Source of the DNA: Lama glama
Lineage: Eukaryota
Assembly (NCBI GenBank): GCA_028534125.1
Contig: CM052816.1
Location: 94,552,001-94,616,000, forward strand
Direction of reading: 5' to 3'
DNA: 64,000 bases
Shown here: positions 1-13,484 of the stretch, piece after piece
Layout: the number at the start of each line of letters is the position of its first letter
Numbering within the stretch: position 1 is the first letter of the stretch
Position numbers and translations under genes: made by a program
Notes under the pieces: model-generated
Told to the model about the DNA's origin: nothing
What the model saw: the letters and a program-made list of their open reading frames with translations, nothing else
The model's database searches: none

Positions 1-280
1 AACAGAAACAGACTCATAGACATAGAATACAAATTTGTGGTTGCCAAGGGGACGGGGGGTGGGAAGGGACAGACTGGGAATTCAAAATGTAGAATAGATA
101 AACAAGATTGTACTCTGTAGCACAGGGAAATATATACAGGATCTTGTGGTGGCTCACAGTGAAAGAGGATGTGACAATGAATGTATATATGTTTATGTAT
201 AACTGAAAAATTGTGCTCTACACTGGAATTTGATGCAACATTGTAAAATGACTATAACTCAATAAAAAATGTTTAAAAAA
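1..280 (+). mobile_element. Young LINE-1 3' UTR end, truncated by the window edge
   Basis: L1 3' UTR text (agactcatagacatagaatacaaa...cacagggaaatatatac), AATAAA at 261-266 and an A-rich tail. Nearly the reverse complement of the L1 starting at 21177. Confidence 0.9.
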
Positions 281-560
281 TTCTTTTAAAATGGAGTGAT
301 AGCTTAATTTTTAAATATTATCATTATTCATAGGGCTTTAGTTATGAAGAGAATTTTTTGAGATTATGCTATACAAACAATTTTCAAAAATAAATCTTAT
401 ATTTTAAGACAGTGGTGTACAGAGTATAGTGAAATATGTGATTTGTACAGTGGAGAATATGTGATACATTTATATGCATGGTTTCAAAAATGCCACAGCT
501 CTGCTGAGGAAATAGAGTTTGACCAATGGTTGTTGGAGACACTTCTCTGCCTTTCTTTTA

Positions 561-686
561 TTCTTTGATCTGGGGGGGAGGTAATTAGGTTTATTTATTT
601 GTTTCTTTTAATGGAGGTGCTGCGAACTGAACCCAGGACCTCATGCATGCTGAGCACGTGCTCTACCACTGAGCTCTACCCTCCCC
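561..686 (-). mobile_element. Vic-1-like tRNA-derived SINE
   Basis: Minus strand reads GGGGAGGGTAGAGCTCAGTGGTAGAGC...CCTGGGTTCAG (A and B boxes). TSD ctctgccttt at 545-554 and 689-698. Confidence 0.88.
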
Positions 687-1581
687 TCCTCTGCCTTTTT
701 TTAATTGCCTCTCTCACTGTCTCAGAGATGAACACTTGACTGAATTTTGTGTTTATTCATTCCTTGGATTTCTTTATATTTTCCTATATGTAAACTTCCA
801 AATATGCAGAATATCATTTGGTTGGTCTGTTTTTGACTCTTACGTAATTATGTTACATATTCTTTGCAACGTGCTTTTTTTCACTCAGCTGTATGTTTTT
901 CAGATTTATTCATGTTGATGCAGGTGCTTGCATTTTTTTCACTGATGCCTCCTAGTTCATCGTGTGAAAATTGCCAGAATGCATTTATCCTTTCTCCTGA
1001 GAAGAACATTTGCAGAGTTTGCAGGTTTTGCTTTTGGAAACATATGGCTTGGGACATAGTTATGTGGGACTCCTGGTGCAGATGCACACGCGTCTCTCTT
1101 GGGCACGCACAGAGGAGTGCTGGCAGCCTTGAGGATTTGAACATCTTCAACTTCCTTTATCATGCCAAAGAGTTTTCAGACCTCGTTGTGCAAATTTAAA
1201 TTCCTGTTGGCAACGAATACTCCACTGCACCATATACTCAGCAAAACTTGCTATCTTCCAGGTGTTCTTTGGCGCTATTGTTGCAAATCTAGTGGCTTTG
1301 AAGCTTGCATCTCCCTGACTTCTGCACTAATAGAACTTTTTACATATTTACTAGATATTCATGTTCATTTTTCCATTAAATGTCTATTCATGCCTTTCAC
1401 ACATTTTTCTATCAGTGGTTTTCCTTTCTTCTTAGTTATTTTAAATCTCAGTATATCGAGACACTAATCTTAGTTGAATGTGTTGACCACTATGTTCTTC
1501 CAGTTTGGGTTTTTTCACTTTCTTATGGTGTCCTCTGATGAACAGAGAGGTTTATATTTTTGTTAAGTTGATCAGTCTGTT

Positions 1582-1582
1582 T

Positions 1583-1638
<56 letters not shown>
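1582..1638. repeat. (TTTC)n tetranucleotide microsatellite in a SINE tail
   Basis: About 14 perfect TTTC units between the TSD and the SINE body. Confidence 0.97.
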
Positions 1639-1762
1639 TTTTGAGGAGGTAACTATGTTTATTTGTTTAATTTTTTTTTTATTTTAATGGAGGTACTGGG
1701 GATTGAACCCAGGACCTTGTGTGTGCTAAGCATGAACTCTTACCACTGAGCTATATCCTCCA
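1639..1762 (-). mobile_element. Vic-1-like SINE
   Basis: atggaggtactggggattgaacccaggacc...accactgagctata. TSD tcagtctgt at 1572-1580 and 1767-1775. Confidence 0.9.
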
Positions 1763-2169
1763 CCAGTCAGTCTGTATTCTTTAGGATTCATACTTTTTGG
1801 AGTCTTGTTTAAGAAATCGTACCTAGTAAAACAACATTAAAACAATCTCCTATATTTTCTTTAAATAATTGTGAAATTATACCTTTTTACATTAAAGTCT
1901 TTAATTCCTTTGTAATTGATTTCTTTTTTCTTTTCTTTTCTTTTTTTTTTTGGCATGGAAAAGGTAGAGATTCAATTTATTTTTCATGTAAATAACTGAT
2001 TGTCATTTGTTCCATCAGCTTACAATGTCATCTGTATCATGTGTCAATTTTTCACAAATGTGTGGTCTACTTCTGGGAAATCGGAGAATCACAGCTTTAT
2101 TATTTTGAGTCTTTCTACTAATGAACTTGCTGTCTATTTTGTCTACTGTTTATACAGTTCTTCTTGTTT

Positions 2170-2302
2170 TTCTTCATTTTTCAAAATTTTTGGAGGAAGG
2201 TAATTAGGTTTATTTATGTATTTGTTAGAGGAGATACTGGGAATTGAACCCAAGACATCAAGTATGCTAAGCAGGAACTCTACCACTGAGCTATATCCTC
2301 CC
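2170..2302 (-). mobile_element. Vic-1-like SINE
   Basis: ggtaattaggtttattt...actgggaattgaaccc...ctctaccactgagctata, similar to the other copies in the window. Confidence 0.87.
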
Positions 2303-2689
2303 TCCCATGAACTTCTTCTTAAAGGCTTTGCCCTGTTCTGTGTTTCATTTGTGCTTCCTTAGAGTGTTCATTGCTCTTGGAAATGTTATCTCTTTTATAA
2401 GGTGCATCTGCTAAGAGTTTCTTTTTTATATAGGAATGCAGTTGATTTTTATGTCTTGATCTGACACCAAGCAAACTTGCTAAAAACTATTTAAGTACTT
2501 CTGTAATTTGTTTGCAGATTCCTTCAGGGTTTTTATGTGACTAATCTGTGAGGATTATTATTTTTTTTTATTAAAATCTTTTAACTCTCATTTTGTTTTG
2601 TTTTCTTTTTGTACTGTAAGAAGTGGGGGAAAACTAGGTAACCTTTTTTATTTAATGGAATTCCTTTCTCATTATAAGAACTGCTGCAG

Positions 2690-3600
2690 GTTTTTAAAAT
2701 TACAACTTTATTGACATATAATTCATATACCACTTAATTAACTCATTTAAAGTGTAAAAGTTAATAGTTTTTAGTATATTCATAAGGTTTTACAACCATT
2801 ACCACAATTTTCGAACATTTTCATCACCCCCAAAAGAAGCTTCATACCCTTTCGTATAGATTTGCTTTTTCTAGATGTTTCATATAAATGGAATCATACA
2901 AGATCGGGTTTTTGTGATTGGCCCTTTGATGTAGTGTGATGTTTTCAGAGTTCATCCATGTTGTACCACATTTCTGTATTTCACTTCTTTTTATTACCCA
3001 ATAATATTTAATTGCATGGACATAACAGACTTTATCCATTATTCAGTTGTTGGATCTTTAGGTTGTTTCCTCTTTGTGGACATTACTAACAGTGCTGCTC
3101 TGAACATTCACATACAAGATTTTGTGTGCACATGTTTTCATTTCTCTTGGGTGTCCAGCTAAAAGTGGAATTGCTGAGTGGTGCTGTGTTCAATGCAGTT
3201 TTAAAAAAAATAGACTCATTTTATCTAGTTAGCATCATTTCTTTTAATTCCTGATTTGCCAAGTGTTTTGTTATACAGAGTTACTAATTTTTAATTGCTT
3301 CGGTATTAATAGCTCATTCATTGTTGTTGCTGAGCAGTATTCCGTTGTATGAATGTCCCACAACTGGTGTGTTCATTCATCTGTTGGGGGCATCTGGGTT
3401 GTTTGCAGTTTTTGCTATTTACAAGTGAAGCTGCTATGAACAAAGACTTGTGGCAGTATACTTTTTTCTCATTTGAGTAAATAGCTACATGCAGAATGGC
3501 TGGGTAATATGGCAGATGTGTGTTTAACTTTTCAAGAGAATGCCAAACTGTTTCCCAAAGTGGCTGTACCATTTCTAATACTATCAGCAGCATGCGAGGG
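2690..3600 (-). mobile_element. L1MB/L1M-like LINE-1 3' fragments
   Basis: actttattgacatataattcatatacc...catatagaatcatac-type 3' UTR motifs. The minus-strand ORF 3318-3593 (QPLWETVWHSLEKLNTHLPYYPAI) resembles the L1 ORF2 C-terminus. Confidence 0.8.
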
Positions 3601-4304
3601 TTCTATTAAGCTATTTCTAATATGTTAATTTGTGTTTTTTCATTTCTCTAAGTTCAATTTGTTCTTATTCACATTTGCTTTGGAATATTGGATGATCTCT
3701 TCTAAATTTTAATTTCCAAGTCCCCTTTGTATCTTTAACATATTCCATAGATTTTTTTTTCATATTCTGAACCTGATAATTCCACTATCTTCAAATCTTT
3801 GTGGATTTTATTCTTCTTTTTATTGCTTCTAGTTAGTCTTGCTCATAAAGACTTACTCTCTCTTGTGTTTGAGACTTCTGATTGTGGGTTATGTGTGGGA
3901 ATTGTTTGAGATTTGAATTTAAAGTGTGGTCTTCCAAGGCAGATGTGTCATTTCTTCTGCCAAATATGGGACAGCCCTGGTGACTTAAATGACTTTAAAT
4001 TATTCGCCTCAGTTTGGAGACAGCATCACCAGCAGTATGCATATGGCATTAAACACAGCTGAGTAATGGCTTTTCTATTTTGTAATGCCTGTGATTCTCC
4101 TCTGGGTTTAGGCTGAGCTGATACAGGATGTGTATCAAACTTGTCTCAATTGCCCCAGCACATACTGGTGGCTTTAAGCAAAAGTTGTTGGCATCATTAT
4201 CTTTTTATCAATGAATGAATAAAACACTGCAAAATAAAACAAAGCAATACAAGACAATACTAAACTCTCATACTATTTTGTTGTTGCATGAATTGTACAA
4301 GTAA

Positions 4305-4881
4305 CGTTGTCAACGCCAGGTTTGTGTGCCAAATAAACCGAAACATCAGCGTTTAGAGCAGAGAAAGGTTTATTACAAGGGTCAAGCAAGGAGTATGGGC
4401 AGCTCATCCTCAAAAGACCTGCACTCCCCAGTGGGTTTCAGGGAAGAGTTTTTAAAGGCAAATTTAGGGGGAGGGCTGCAGGGTGTGTGACCTTCTTCTG
4501 ATTGGTTGGAGGTGAGGTAACAAGGTAGCATTCCAGGAATCTCAGTTATTAACTGGTTCCAACCAGTCTGGGGTCTATATGCTTGTGCTCAGTCTGAAGT
4601 TAGTCCTCCCCCTGGGTAGGAGCCTCAGTTCCTGTAGAAGAGCTCAGAGATGTGTATCAGATTGTCATGTGTATCCCTTGAGGAGGAAGGAGCCAGGACT
4701 CTGCTACACTCTCGACTGCTTTTCCTTTGTTTCTGCATTCCCTCACTCCTCTACTTAGCGGTTGTTTGAATCTGCCCTTTGGAAGTCAGGGAAGGTTCAG
4801 GAGGCTCAACCCTTTTTCCTACGAGTAAGAAATGGGGGACACAGAAAGGCTTTTGTACCCAGGAGGGCCCTGCAGGTTTCA
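4305..4881 (-). mobile_element. ERV1-class solo LTR (subfamily uncertain)
   Basis: Termini cgttg...tttca, near-perfect 4-bp TSD gtaa/gtag, minus-strand AATAAA near 4370 and CCAAT (attgg at 4501), about 580 bp long. Confidence 0.8.
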
Positions 4882-6232
4882 GTAGTACAGGACAGTTTCT
4901 AATTGTAAGTGTTCAGTTACAGGAAGTGGAAGTATCACCTGTCCAAACCCCATTGTACAGGCGCATCTTCCTTACATCACACAACACCTGTATGCGGGGC
5001 AAGTGTACCTTGAGTGAAAAGTACACCTCATCCCCATTCTGATCAATCCCTGTTATATTTCAACATAAAGAAACATTTTTGTGAGCCTGGAATATTTGCA
5101 GACTTAATCTACACAGAAAATAATAGGAGGACCCTGCCGTGTTGGCTGCCCCTGAATAGTTTTCAGAGTGAGACCTGGGAAAAACTCAGTGACTTGACTG
5201 CACTTGACTGAGCGGTCGCATAGGCAAAAGTGGATTGCACTGACTTGCAATACCTGTTTGCAGCCCCAGAGCACAGTTAGAGGGGGATACACGTGTTTAG
5301 TCGAGTTCCACAGATGCCAGACAGTTCCACATCTTGCCTCTCCTGAGATTTTGATATGAAAAGCCAGTATCAATAAATGAGAATACTAGAATTCAGAAAT
5401 AAAGGACAGGGAGGGCCTGAGCCCCACCCCAAACCTTTAGCCTCTGTTCCTCATCGTTTGGGGTTTTGCAGGACTCACATGAATTGGAGGTAGGGTGATG
5501 CCTTATTAAGGCTTTGGTATTTTCAGGAAAAGGCATGGGTTTTGAGCCGCACATGAGTAAAGAGTGAAAATGGAAGCCATCATTTTTCATAAGTTTATTG
5601 AGAAATTGCCTAAGAGTTACAAGGTGACTTTTTCATTTCTTTTAAAAGTGCAATTCTAATAACTTGACTGGATTATATGCCTTCTTAAGTTTATTCTTCA
5701 GTACGTAGTCATTTCACCACTTTTCCAGAGTTTAAATAAGAATATATAGCAAAAGCATTTTTAAATGGTAAAATACGATGCAAATGGAAGTTGTTACAGA
5801 CAGTGATGACATATTCTGCTTTCCTTGCTGCTGGAGGTCAACCCTGTATGTTGGCAGCTGTAACCATTACGTTGTTTATTCTAAAATTAAACAAAGTTAA
5901 TACTCAGCATTCTCATTCTGAGAGGTTACTCTGAAAATGAGTGGAAAAATCTGGACTATTAAAAAGGACGTTGAAGACCGTGGATAAGTACAGTCATTCT
6001 TTATGTTACGATGACCCGTTGCTTTACCGTCCCCCCAGAAGTGTGCTGCCTTCATCAGACGGTGGGTCTGTGCAGCGTGGTACGGGCCAGGGGTTAGAAC
6101 CTGACACAACTCATTGCTGATTGTATTCACAATTCCGAGATTCCGAGATTCTAGAGGATCCCCTTGGGTTCCCTCTAGAGCAGCCCCTCCCAGTGCAGGC
6201 TCGGGGCTGAGGCAGCCATTTCAGTCGTAGAA

Positions 6233-6440
6233 AGCATTCTCAACAGGGCGGCGATGAGGTCCCCAAGGGGGCAAAAATTGTTTTTCGTGGGAGAGGGCAA
6301 AACCCCTTAGATATTACAGTGGTTTGTGGTCCTCCGAAGGCCACAGTGCATAAACAGACACATGGTGTATCTGTGGTGTTAAAATTGCATGGGTGGGGGT
6401 GATTTGGGAATAAAGTCCAAAAAAGACTCCTTAAGGCCCC
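6233..6440. mobile_element. hAT-Charlie-type non-autonomous DNA transposon remnant
   Basis: cattct caacaggg...ccccaagggggcaaaaattg...ttagatattacagtggtttgtgg resembles recalled hAT MITE consensus. Confidence 0.65.
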
Positions 6441-6972
6441 CCTAATTTTTTTAACAAAGGGAGAAAAATATAGCATATGAAGATCTGGTGATCTTTCTTA
6501 TATAAAATTCAAGTATTGGGGCCTGATATGTATTTGGGTTCATATGCCCTGGGAAAAAATTTATTGTAGTCAAACAGTAAAATCAATTTGGTTTAGGTGT
6601 CGTACCCAAATGTCCCCTTACCAAAGATAAGGAAACTATTTCCTGTCCCTTATCTGTAACTTTTATAGAAAAATGCGGGCATGTTTGTAATTCTCTAAGG
6701 CTCGAAGCTTAGTTACGCTTTTGACCTGATCCCTAAACTCTTGTCACATTTGGGAAATGTGTTGTGTTCTTTGATGTCCTTTTATTGTGGCGGCCGTGAT
6801 TGTAGGAAATGAAAGAAACAGAAATGGCAATTCTTTCCTAATTGGGGCGTGACAACCTTGGAAAAGGACTTTGACTTTGAATGACTTTTTTTTATGATTA
6901 TTTACAGTTATCCAGGAACTAGTACCAAAGTGCGCAAAGTAATGGTGAAGTGTGGCCCCGGAGTGTTTTATA

Positions 6973-7110
6973 TTAGCATTCTCAAGGCTGGCTGTGCTGT
7001 AAGAGGCACCTGGGAGGCTTTGAAAAACACAGATGCTGGGGCCCCAGCTGATTTCACTAGCCTGTGGAAGAGCCTGGAAATCCATAGTTTTAAGGTGCCC
7101 CAGGTGAACC
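6973..7110. mobile_element. MER5-like hAT MITE fragment
   Basis: cacctgggaggctttgaaaaacacagatgctgggg...ccccaggtga. Confidence 0.6.
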
Positions 7111-7291
7111 CCATGAACAGACGGGCATTGTCATCTGAGCTGTGTTCTAAAGCAGCCTCTGTCCTTCACTGATGATGTCCAACGCTGGACACGCTGGGCT
7201 TTGAATCAGACCAACAGCTTCATACTTTGCAATCTAGTCTTTGGTATCCCTGAGTCTACAGGAAACGAGTTGGCAGAACTTGTCATTTTGA

Positions 7292-7327
7292 AATAATAAT
7301 AATAATAATTAATAATAATAATAATAA
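7292..7327. repeat. (AAT)n microsatellite at the tail of a degraded MIR
   Basis: Direct observation of an interrupted AAT array followed by MIR-like sequence. Confidence 0.85.
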
Positions 7328-10244
7328 ACTAATATCCATTGAGCCCTTGCCTAGTCTAAGCATTTTTTTGGAATTGAACTTATTTAGTTCTCCAATTTGT
7401 TTAATTCTCATAGGTAAGTATAGACTATGATTATTTCCATTGGCCGTAGGAGTCAATCAGCAGGAAGGAATTATGCTGGGCTTTAAAAATGGACATTATA
7501 ACCGCAGGCCCAGGTCATAACCATCTTCTCTGCTTTCTCTGAGATTTCCATTGAATTCTTGCAGAGCATTTTTAAGCAGTTACTTCCAGGGAGCAAGGTG
7601 GTCTGTAGGAGGCAGAGGTGAAGAGAGCCTGCACAGCCCTCTGGAGGACCCCTGCTCCACAACCTAACGGCGAGGTATGCGCCATAAAGGGCGATGCTGA
7701 CAACTTAAAAGTGCCCTAAAGAGGAACTTCAGAGCAGGGAGAGATTTCCTGTAGCTGATGTGGGCAGCAAGTCCCTAGACTTCGAAGGCAGTTCATTCTA
7801 AACTGGAGCCATGTTATACAGGGTGCTGTGTATCTGTAGAAGTGTTAGGTCAAATGTAGGAAATTACTAAAATCTAACCCTTTGCTCCACATGGTTCAAC
7901 CTTTGGGGGTGGGGGAGTGATCCTGGTAGAGAGACTGGCAGGTGACCGTGCCATGAGACTCCCTGTGGACAACGACTGGATAGCCTCAGCTGGAGAAGGG
8001 CTGAGACCTCCACTGGCCATCGGTGTCATCCATGGCTTGCTGATTACAGCAGTGTTACATCAGGGCAATTCTTGCACTTAAATAACTTAAAAGCCTCTAG
8101 ACCATGGACCTGTACTGATGGCCCCCAAACAGCAACAGTACAGAGTGACTCAGAAGTCACTAAGCCCTTTGTAATTGGCAAGTTAAACTAGGTGATCAGA
8201 AGAGAGGTGGGGTCAGTGCCTCATTAGGGCTGAGAGCTCTCAAGACTTAACAGAACTGAGCCAATAAGGCCGGTCGTTGGCTGGGCCCTGGGCCTCAGAG
8301 ATGGGTGAGCTCTTTTCCAAGGTACGAGACACCAGGAAAGGAAGTTCTCTTCAATGTGGATACACTCTGCAGTCAAACAGAATAACTTCCAAATCAAAGA
8401 ATAGTCTCCATGTGTACACAGTGTTGGGCAAATCTTGCATCTCACATCTGCCATGGGGCACCCCTGGAGAGCAGTGACCCTGATACTTCCACCTCGGACT
8501 CCCCCCAGTTGGAATCTAGGACATCAAAGAACATTGTATGCTTACCAGTTGAATTGACTTGAAGTATACCCTATGCATCTAGGAAGCAACAATTAATGTT
8601 ATAAGCAATAATTTTAATTAATATTAATAACAACAGGGATTTTTTTAACTGAGTATACAGGCTGTACATTATTTTATAAGAAATAATTATGGGTTTGTTT
8701 TTTAGTCCGTTTAACTCTTATTATAGGCAGCCAGGTGAAAAATCTGACTAGTCTGCTGGAAACCTGTTGAGAATTGTGTATGAGAGCTTCATCATTAAAA
8801 ATGGCATCCTGTGCATTGTCGGAGAGCTCCACAAAGCAGAGTGCGTCGGCCTAAGTGCTCCCAGCCAGTCTGATTAGGAAAGAGCTCTTCACAAAAAATA
8901 GCTAACAAGACACCAAGAAACAGATTGCGTACGATTCTCTTCGTTAAGCATCTATATCTCAAGCAGAGTGCCACTGAGTAATGACAGGATATACGGAACA
9001 AAATTGCTCAGTTGCCAAGTTACTGGATTTCTTAGCTTCCAGAAAGTGTTATGAAAATGGTAGAAGCAGCAGCATTAAAGGCAGCAATTAATCTTTGAAA
9101 TTAAGATCAGGAAAAAATTATTATAATAAATCTCTTTGCCCTATTTACACAGCATCCTTTACTTTGATCTGCTGAGAATGCTGTTAAAGACAGTGGCCAC
9201 TGGTTGAATGAGCAAAACTTTTAGGCTGATTAAAGTGAGTTTAGGATATAGCTGTGCTTGCTTTGAATGAGCATTGTAGGTGACTTTGCTGTTTGGAGTA
9301 AACCAGCCTGAGCAGAGCAGGGATCCTCTGCTCCAACATGGTGCTCGTGCAGGGAGTTTCTTCTGATTCAGTTCACGGTGAATCCAAAAAATGATGTGTA
9401 GGCTCTGAGGATGGCTTCAGAATATTCTATGAACATTGTGGGTGAAAGTAGTGTCTTAAGTTGGTGAGTAATGAGCTCAAAAGTAGCACCTCTGACTCCA
9501 CCCTCTACAATATTATTTTCCAGGAGAATATAATGAAGAAACATTTAGAAAAGTTTATGAATATGTATTTTAAACAGCTTGCTTTTCCTCTATTTTTATA
9601 TAGGGTGTTAAGATACGTTTTTTATAATGTTATTTATTAAAGGTAGTATCACACTTTCAATATATATCCCACCTTTCTTCTTGCTTTTGGGAAGAGCACC
9701 TTCCTGTATCCCACATCACAAGGGTTCGCATTCCCCCGGTACCCTTGATCATTTGGTCATTGCCTTTCTTCTACATGTCAATGCAGAATGAAAAAAAGCA
9801 TTTTTAAGGTAACTATTTACTCTGGGTCTACAGGATGCTAATGCCTAACTCAAAAGAATCATTTAATATCTAAGAATGAATGGATTTTCAAAACCACGAG
9901 CTGTACATATATATAAATTCTATTCAACCCTGTAATTTTTGGATTAAAGTTTTTAGTACCAGTATTTGCTCTTAATTTTGTGTAGTATTATATTACAACA
10001 AAGGGACAATTTAGCATTTTATTTTAGATATTTAGTTTATTAATCTGAGGGTGAACTTTGTTTCAGAATGCCTAAGATTCATAGAGGTCATGCATTAATG
10101 TCGATACCTGGGCTGTCTCTAAGTAGGACTTCATAGCTGTTAACCCACCTTTCCCTCGCCACCTCAAATTCATTAAGACATAAAACTGGAAAGCCGTTGA
10201 GAATTCGTATCTATAAATAGGGTCAGTGGTATAGTCTGCCTTTG

Positions 10245-10422
10245 TCCCGGGGGTTTGCAAACTTGCGAGCGCATCAGAATGACCAGGAGCTTATTAAAGA
10301 CTGATTGCTGTCCTCTTCTTTTCTGATTGAGTTGGACTTACGTCAGGCCCAGGCATTTGTATTTCTAAGTTCTCAGGTGGTGATAACACAGGTCTGAGGA
10401 CCATACTTTGGGAACCACTGCT
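10245..10422. mobile_element. MER5A-like hAT MITE
   Basis: caaactt...gcatcagaat...catttgtatttctaag...gaccatactttgggaaccactg. Confidence 0.78.
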
Positions 10423-10449
10423 CCCACCTATTAAATGCATTTTGAAATA

Positions 10450-10693
10450 GTAAGCACCGTATTTATTGAGTCCTTACTAGGGATCAAGGGCTCTTGTAAG
10501 CCCTTTGCATATAGAATTGCATTTAATTCTTACAACAAGCCTAAGAAGGAGATTCTGGGCTAGCCCTGTTTTATAGATGGGGAAATGGAGGGTCATAGAG
10601 TTCAAGATACTTTCCTAAGTCACCAAACCAGTAAATGGCAGATCTGGGATTTGAACCCGGTAATGAAGGTCCAGAGTTCATGCTTTAACACTA
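10450..10693 (-). mobile_element. MIR SINE, near full length
   Basis: atttattgag...ttttatagatggggaaa...ggcagatctgggatttgaacc is the reverse complement of the MIR core. Confidence 0.82.
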
Positions 10694-13484
10694 GGGGAAA
10701 ATGATCCTTGTAAGGCAACCCTTTCATATAGCTTACTAATTGTATAATTTTCCCGCTACACACAGTTCCATATTCTACCAATTCCATTTTTTCCTGAGAT
10801 GTGTCAAGCATGGAAATACCATGTTTTTCGATAATATTCTGTGAGATTACAGATGTAGTAATTCTTTTCATTTCCCTTCAGTCTGTAACTACTCATGGAA
10901 TAAACAAGGAAAAAAGCTGCCTCTAACAAGTTTACACTTGTAAAAAATGCTCATGTTATAATGGAGAATAAGGAAAGCAGGGCAAGAAATTTTGTGCTCA
11001 GCATGATCCTGCCTATGGGGAAAAATTATGTACCGCAATCAAACAAATTTGAGAAGAAGGTACACCATGAGGCTAACACACACACAGGAGAGCATCGATG
11101 TGCGTTAGTTGGGGTATTTTGAAGCACATTTTAGACCATGTTGCAGGTTGTTTCTTTGACAAGGCAGTAGAATTAAGTAGAGTGAGAAAGTGAATCGTTT
11201 TATTGGAATTTCTTTTGGATTTTAAATTGGTGCAGATTAATGTACCGTGAGAAGTAGACAGAGTTGTTTTTACTTCATTTTAAGTGTTTCAAGAACAAAA
11301 GTTAGATTAGAGAGAATGGGTTGTCAGAAAAGTCTTGGAGGGAAAGAGTTTATTCGTCTCTTAGAGTATTTAGCCCACAAGCAGATCCCCGTGCTTCAAT
11401 TCATTTTACTCTGATAACAACCTAGTGAAGAGGAAGGCATCACTCCCCTTTCCAGACGAGGAGCCCGTGACTCATTTTAAATGCGTCTTGCCCGACCCCG
11501 TGTCAGAGAATCAGCCCTAGGGTCTCGGCCTCCTGCCCCTGTGTGAGCTACTGACTGTCCCCAGCTCCTGCCAAGAACACGAGACTCTTGTGCCTCCCAA
11601 GCCTGGGGAAGTATGGGAGTTGCAGTTATTTGCAACAACCTTGGGGTTTTCAATTTTTCCACAAGATGTTCCTACTCAGAGTAATTAAGGGAGGTGAAAT
11701 GGTTTGCAAAATAGAAATAGTATAAAATTTGGGGAGATAAGGCTGTTTTTATATTCCTGCCATTGGAGAAGAAAAGGATGGATGTTGATGTGGGGAGGGC
11801 CCTAACGGGAGGAACTGTTTGCATTAAGTGATCCTGTAAAATTCACTGCTGTGCAGAGCAGGGGTGCTGTGGATGCCTTCAGTCTTGCCAGCATCGCGAA
11901 TGCAGGCAGCTCTTCGTGAGGATGGGCAAGCTTCCCCTCCCTCACAGTCTGCATCACTAAGCCCTGACTTTCAATGTGAGGTGCCAGGAAGGCCCAGGAA
12001 TGTCATCCCTTGGGAGCTTGTTAGACACACAGAATCTCCAGACTCCGGGGTGATTTCAGTATACATCAGGGTTTGAAAGAAGCTGCGCTGAGTGGCCCCC
12101 TGATTGTAGCACTGGTGTCTCTATGAAGCCAGAGACGGAACTGCCTTAGGTGAGGATGTTGATGTTGAAGTGGGGGTGGGTACTATTGCTGGAAAGGAAG
12201 CTTCCTGGGCCACCGGAAGAGGCGGAGTTGTTCTGGAAGTCAGGACTCAGCTGGGGCTCTGTGTGGTCAGGGCTGAAGGATGCTGGCTGCCTGAAGTCCC
12301 AGCTGCTCATGATCCCCAGGGGATCTGCTGGAAACACGTATTCTCCCCAGGGCATCTGTGGACCACAAAGTCCCTTCCCAGGTGGAAGGAATCCTAAGGT
12401 CACACCTCTTTAGGATTTCAGAGACTGTCCCCAAGTATGATTTTTGCAGGGCTGCTGAGAGCCGTTAACTGATGACTCAAAAATAAAAGCACAGCCTATC
12501 CTGTTATTTCCTATTAAAAGTACTTATCCATTTAGGCATTAAAAGTCTTGCGTTTTGATGCAAGAATAAATATAAGTTCAATATTTTTAGCAAAGATGGC
12601 GACCTCTTATGCACGTGAGCGTGAGCTCTCCTTGACTGCTCTTGGCTCCAGGAGTCTTTGTGAACCTCCATTTCCACTTCTCCCCTCCTCAGCCCCCTGG
12701 GGCTACACTTCACGGGAATACTAGCACTGGTGTTAAAGTTTCCACTAATTGCCTTATCATTTCATAAAGAGGCATTAATTGCTTACATAATTTCCCCTTT
12801 CCTCTGAATTGCGTGCTCCTTTTATGCAAAATGACTCCTTCAAATGCTTTTCCATCCCCTTCCCCACTTTTTTTTTCCATCACTAGAAAATAAGCAAACG
12901 TTGGGTGGCTGTGAGAAGTCAGCATCCAACTCTTCCTGATAACGTCAACATTTATTCTCTGAAATAGTGCTTGAAGTCTATTTCCTGAGCTAGCAGGATT
13001 TTTTTTTTTTTTACTATTTTGAGACTGTAGAAATAATTTGAAATGATAGAACAAAATAGTTTTAGACACAGTGGATTTCTCATTTCCTGGTAATTTCATC
13101 AATTTCATACCATATTTTCGATAGTTCTGTTCTCTGTAGAGTGTTCACCCCAGCTCACACATGTACATACAATACACACAACACACCACACTCAACACAC
13201 TGCACTCAGCACACACACAGTCATGCAAACACACACGTCAGTTATCTCCATAGAATCTCCACATCAAAGATTATGTTTGTTTTATTCTTTTCAGCCCCTG
13301 GCAAGGAGGTGCCCTACAGTAGGTGCTCATAGCTCAGTAAAATTTGCTTTAGAGTTCCAAGGTCTTAAATCGCCTTTTGACTAGGTGAGTGAATATTTTA
13401 AAATTCTGAAATTGAAATTGCCTTGTAGAATGCTGTCTCAAAAACCAAAGATTAAATATCTTATGTTTCTAATAAAAGCTCATC

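Larger units (their letters stand above)
740..2690 (-). mobile_element. Old L1M-type LINE-1 fragment interrupted by two SINEs
   Basis: Degenerate antisense L1 motifs (ttcactcagc...ttcatgttg; gtcttgtttaagaaatc; gttgatttttatgtcttgatct). Boundaries approximate. Confidence 0.6.
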
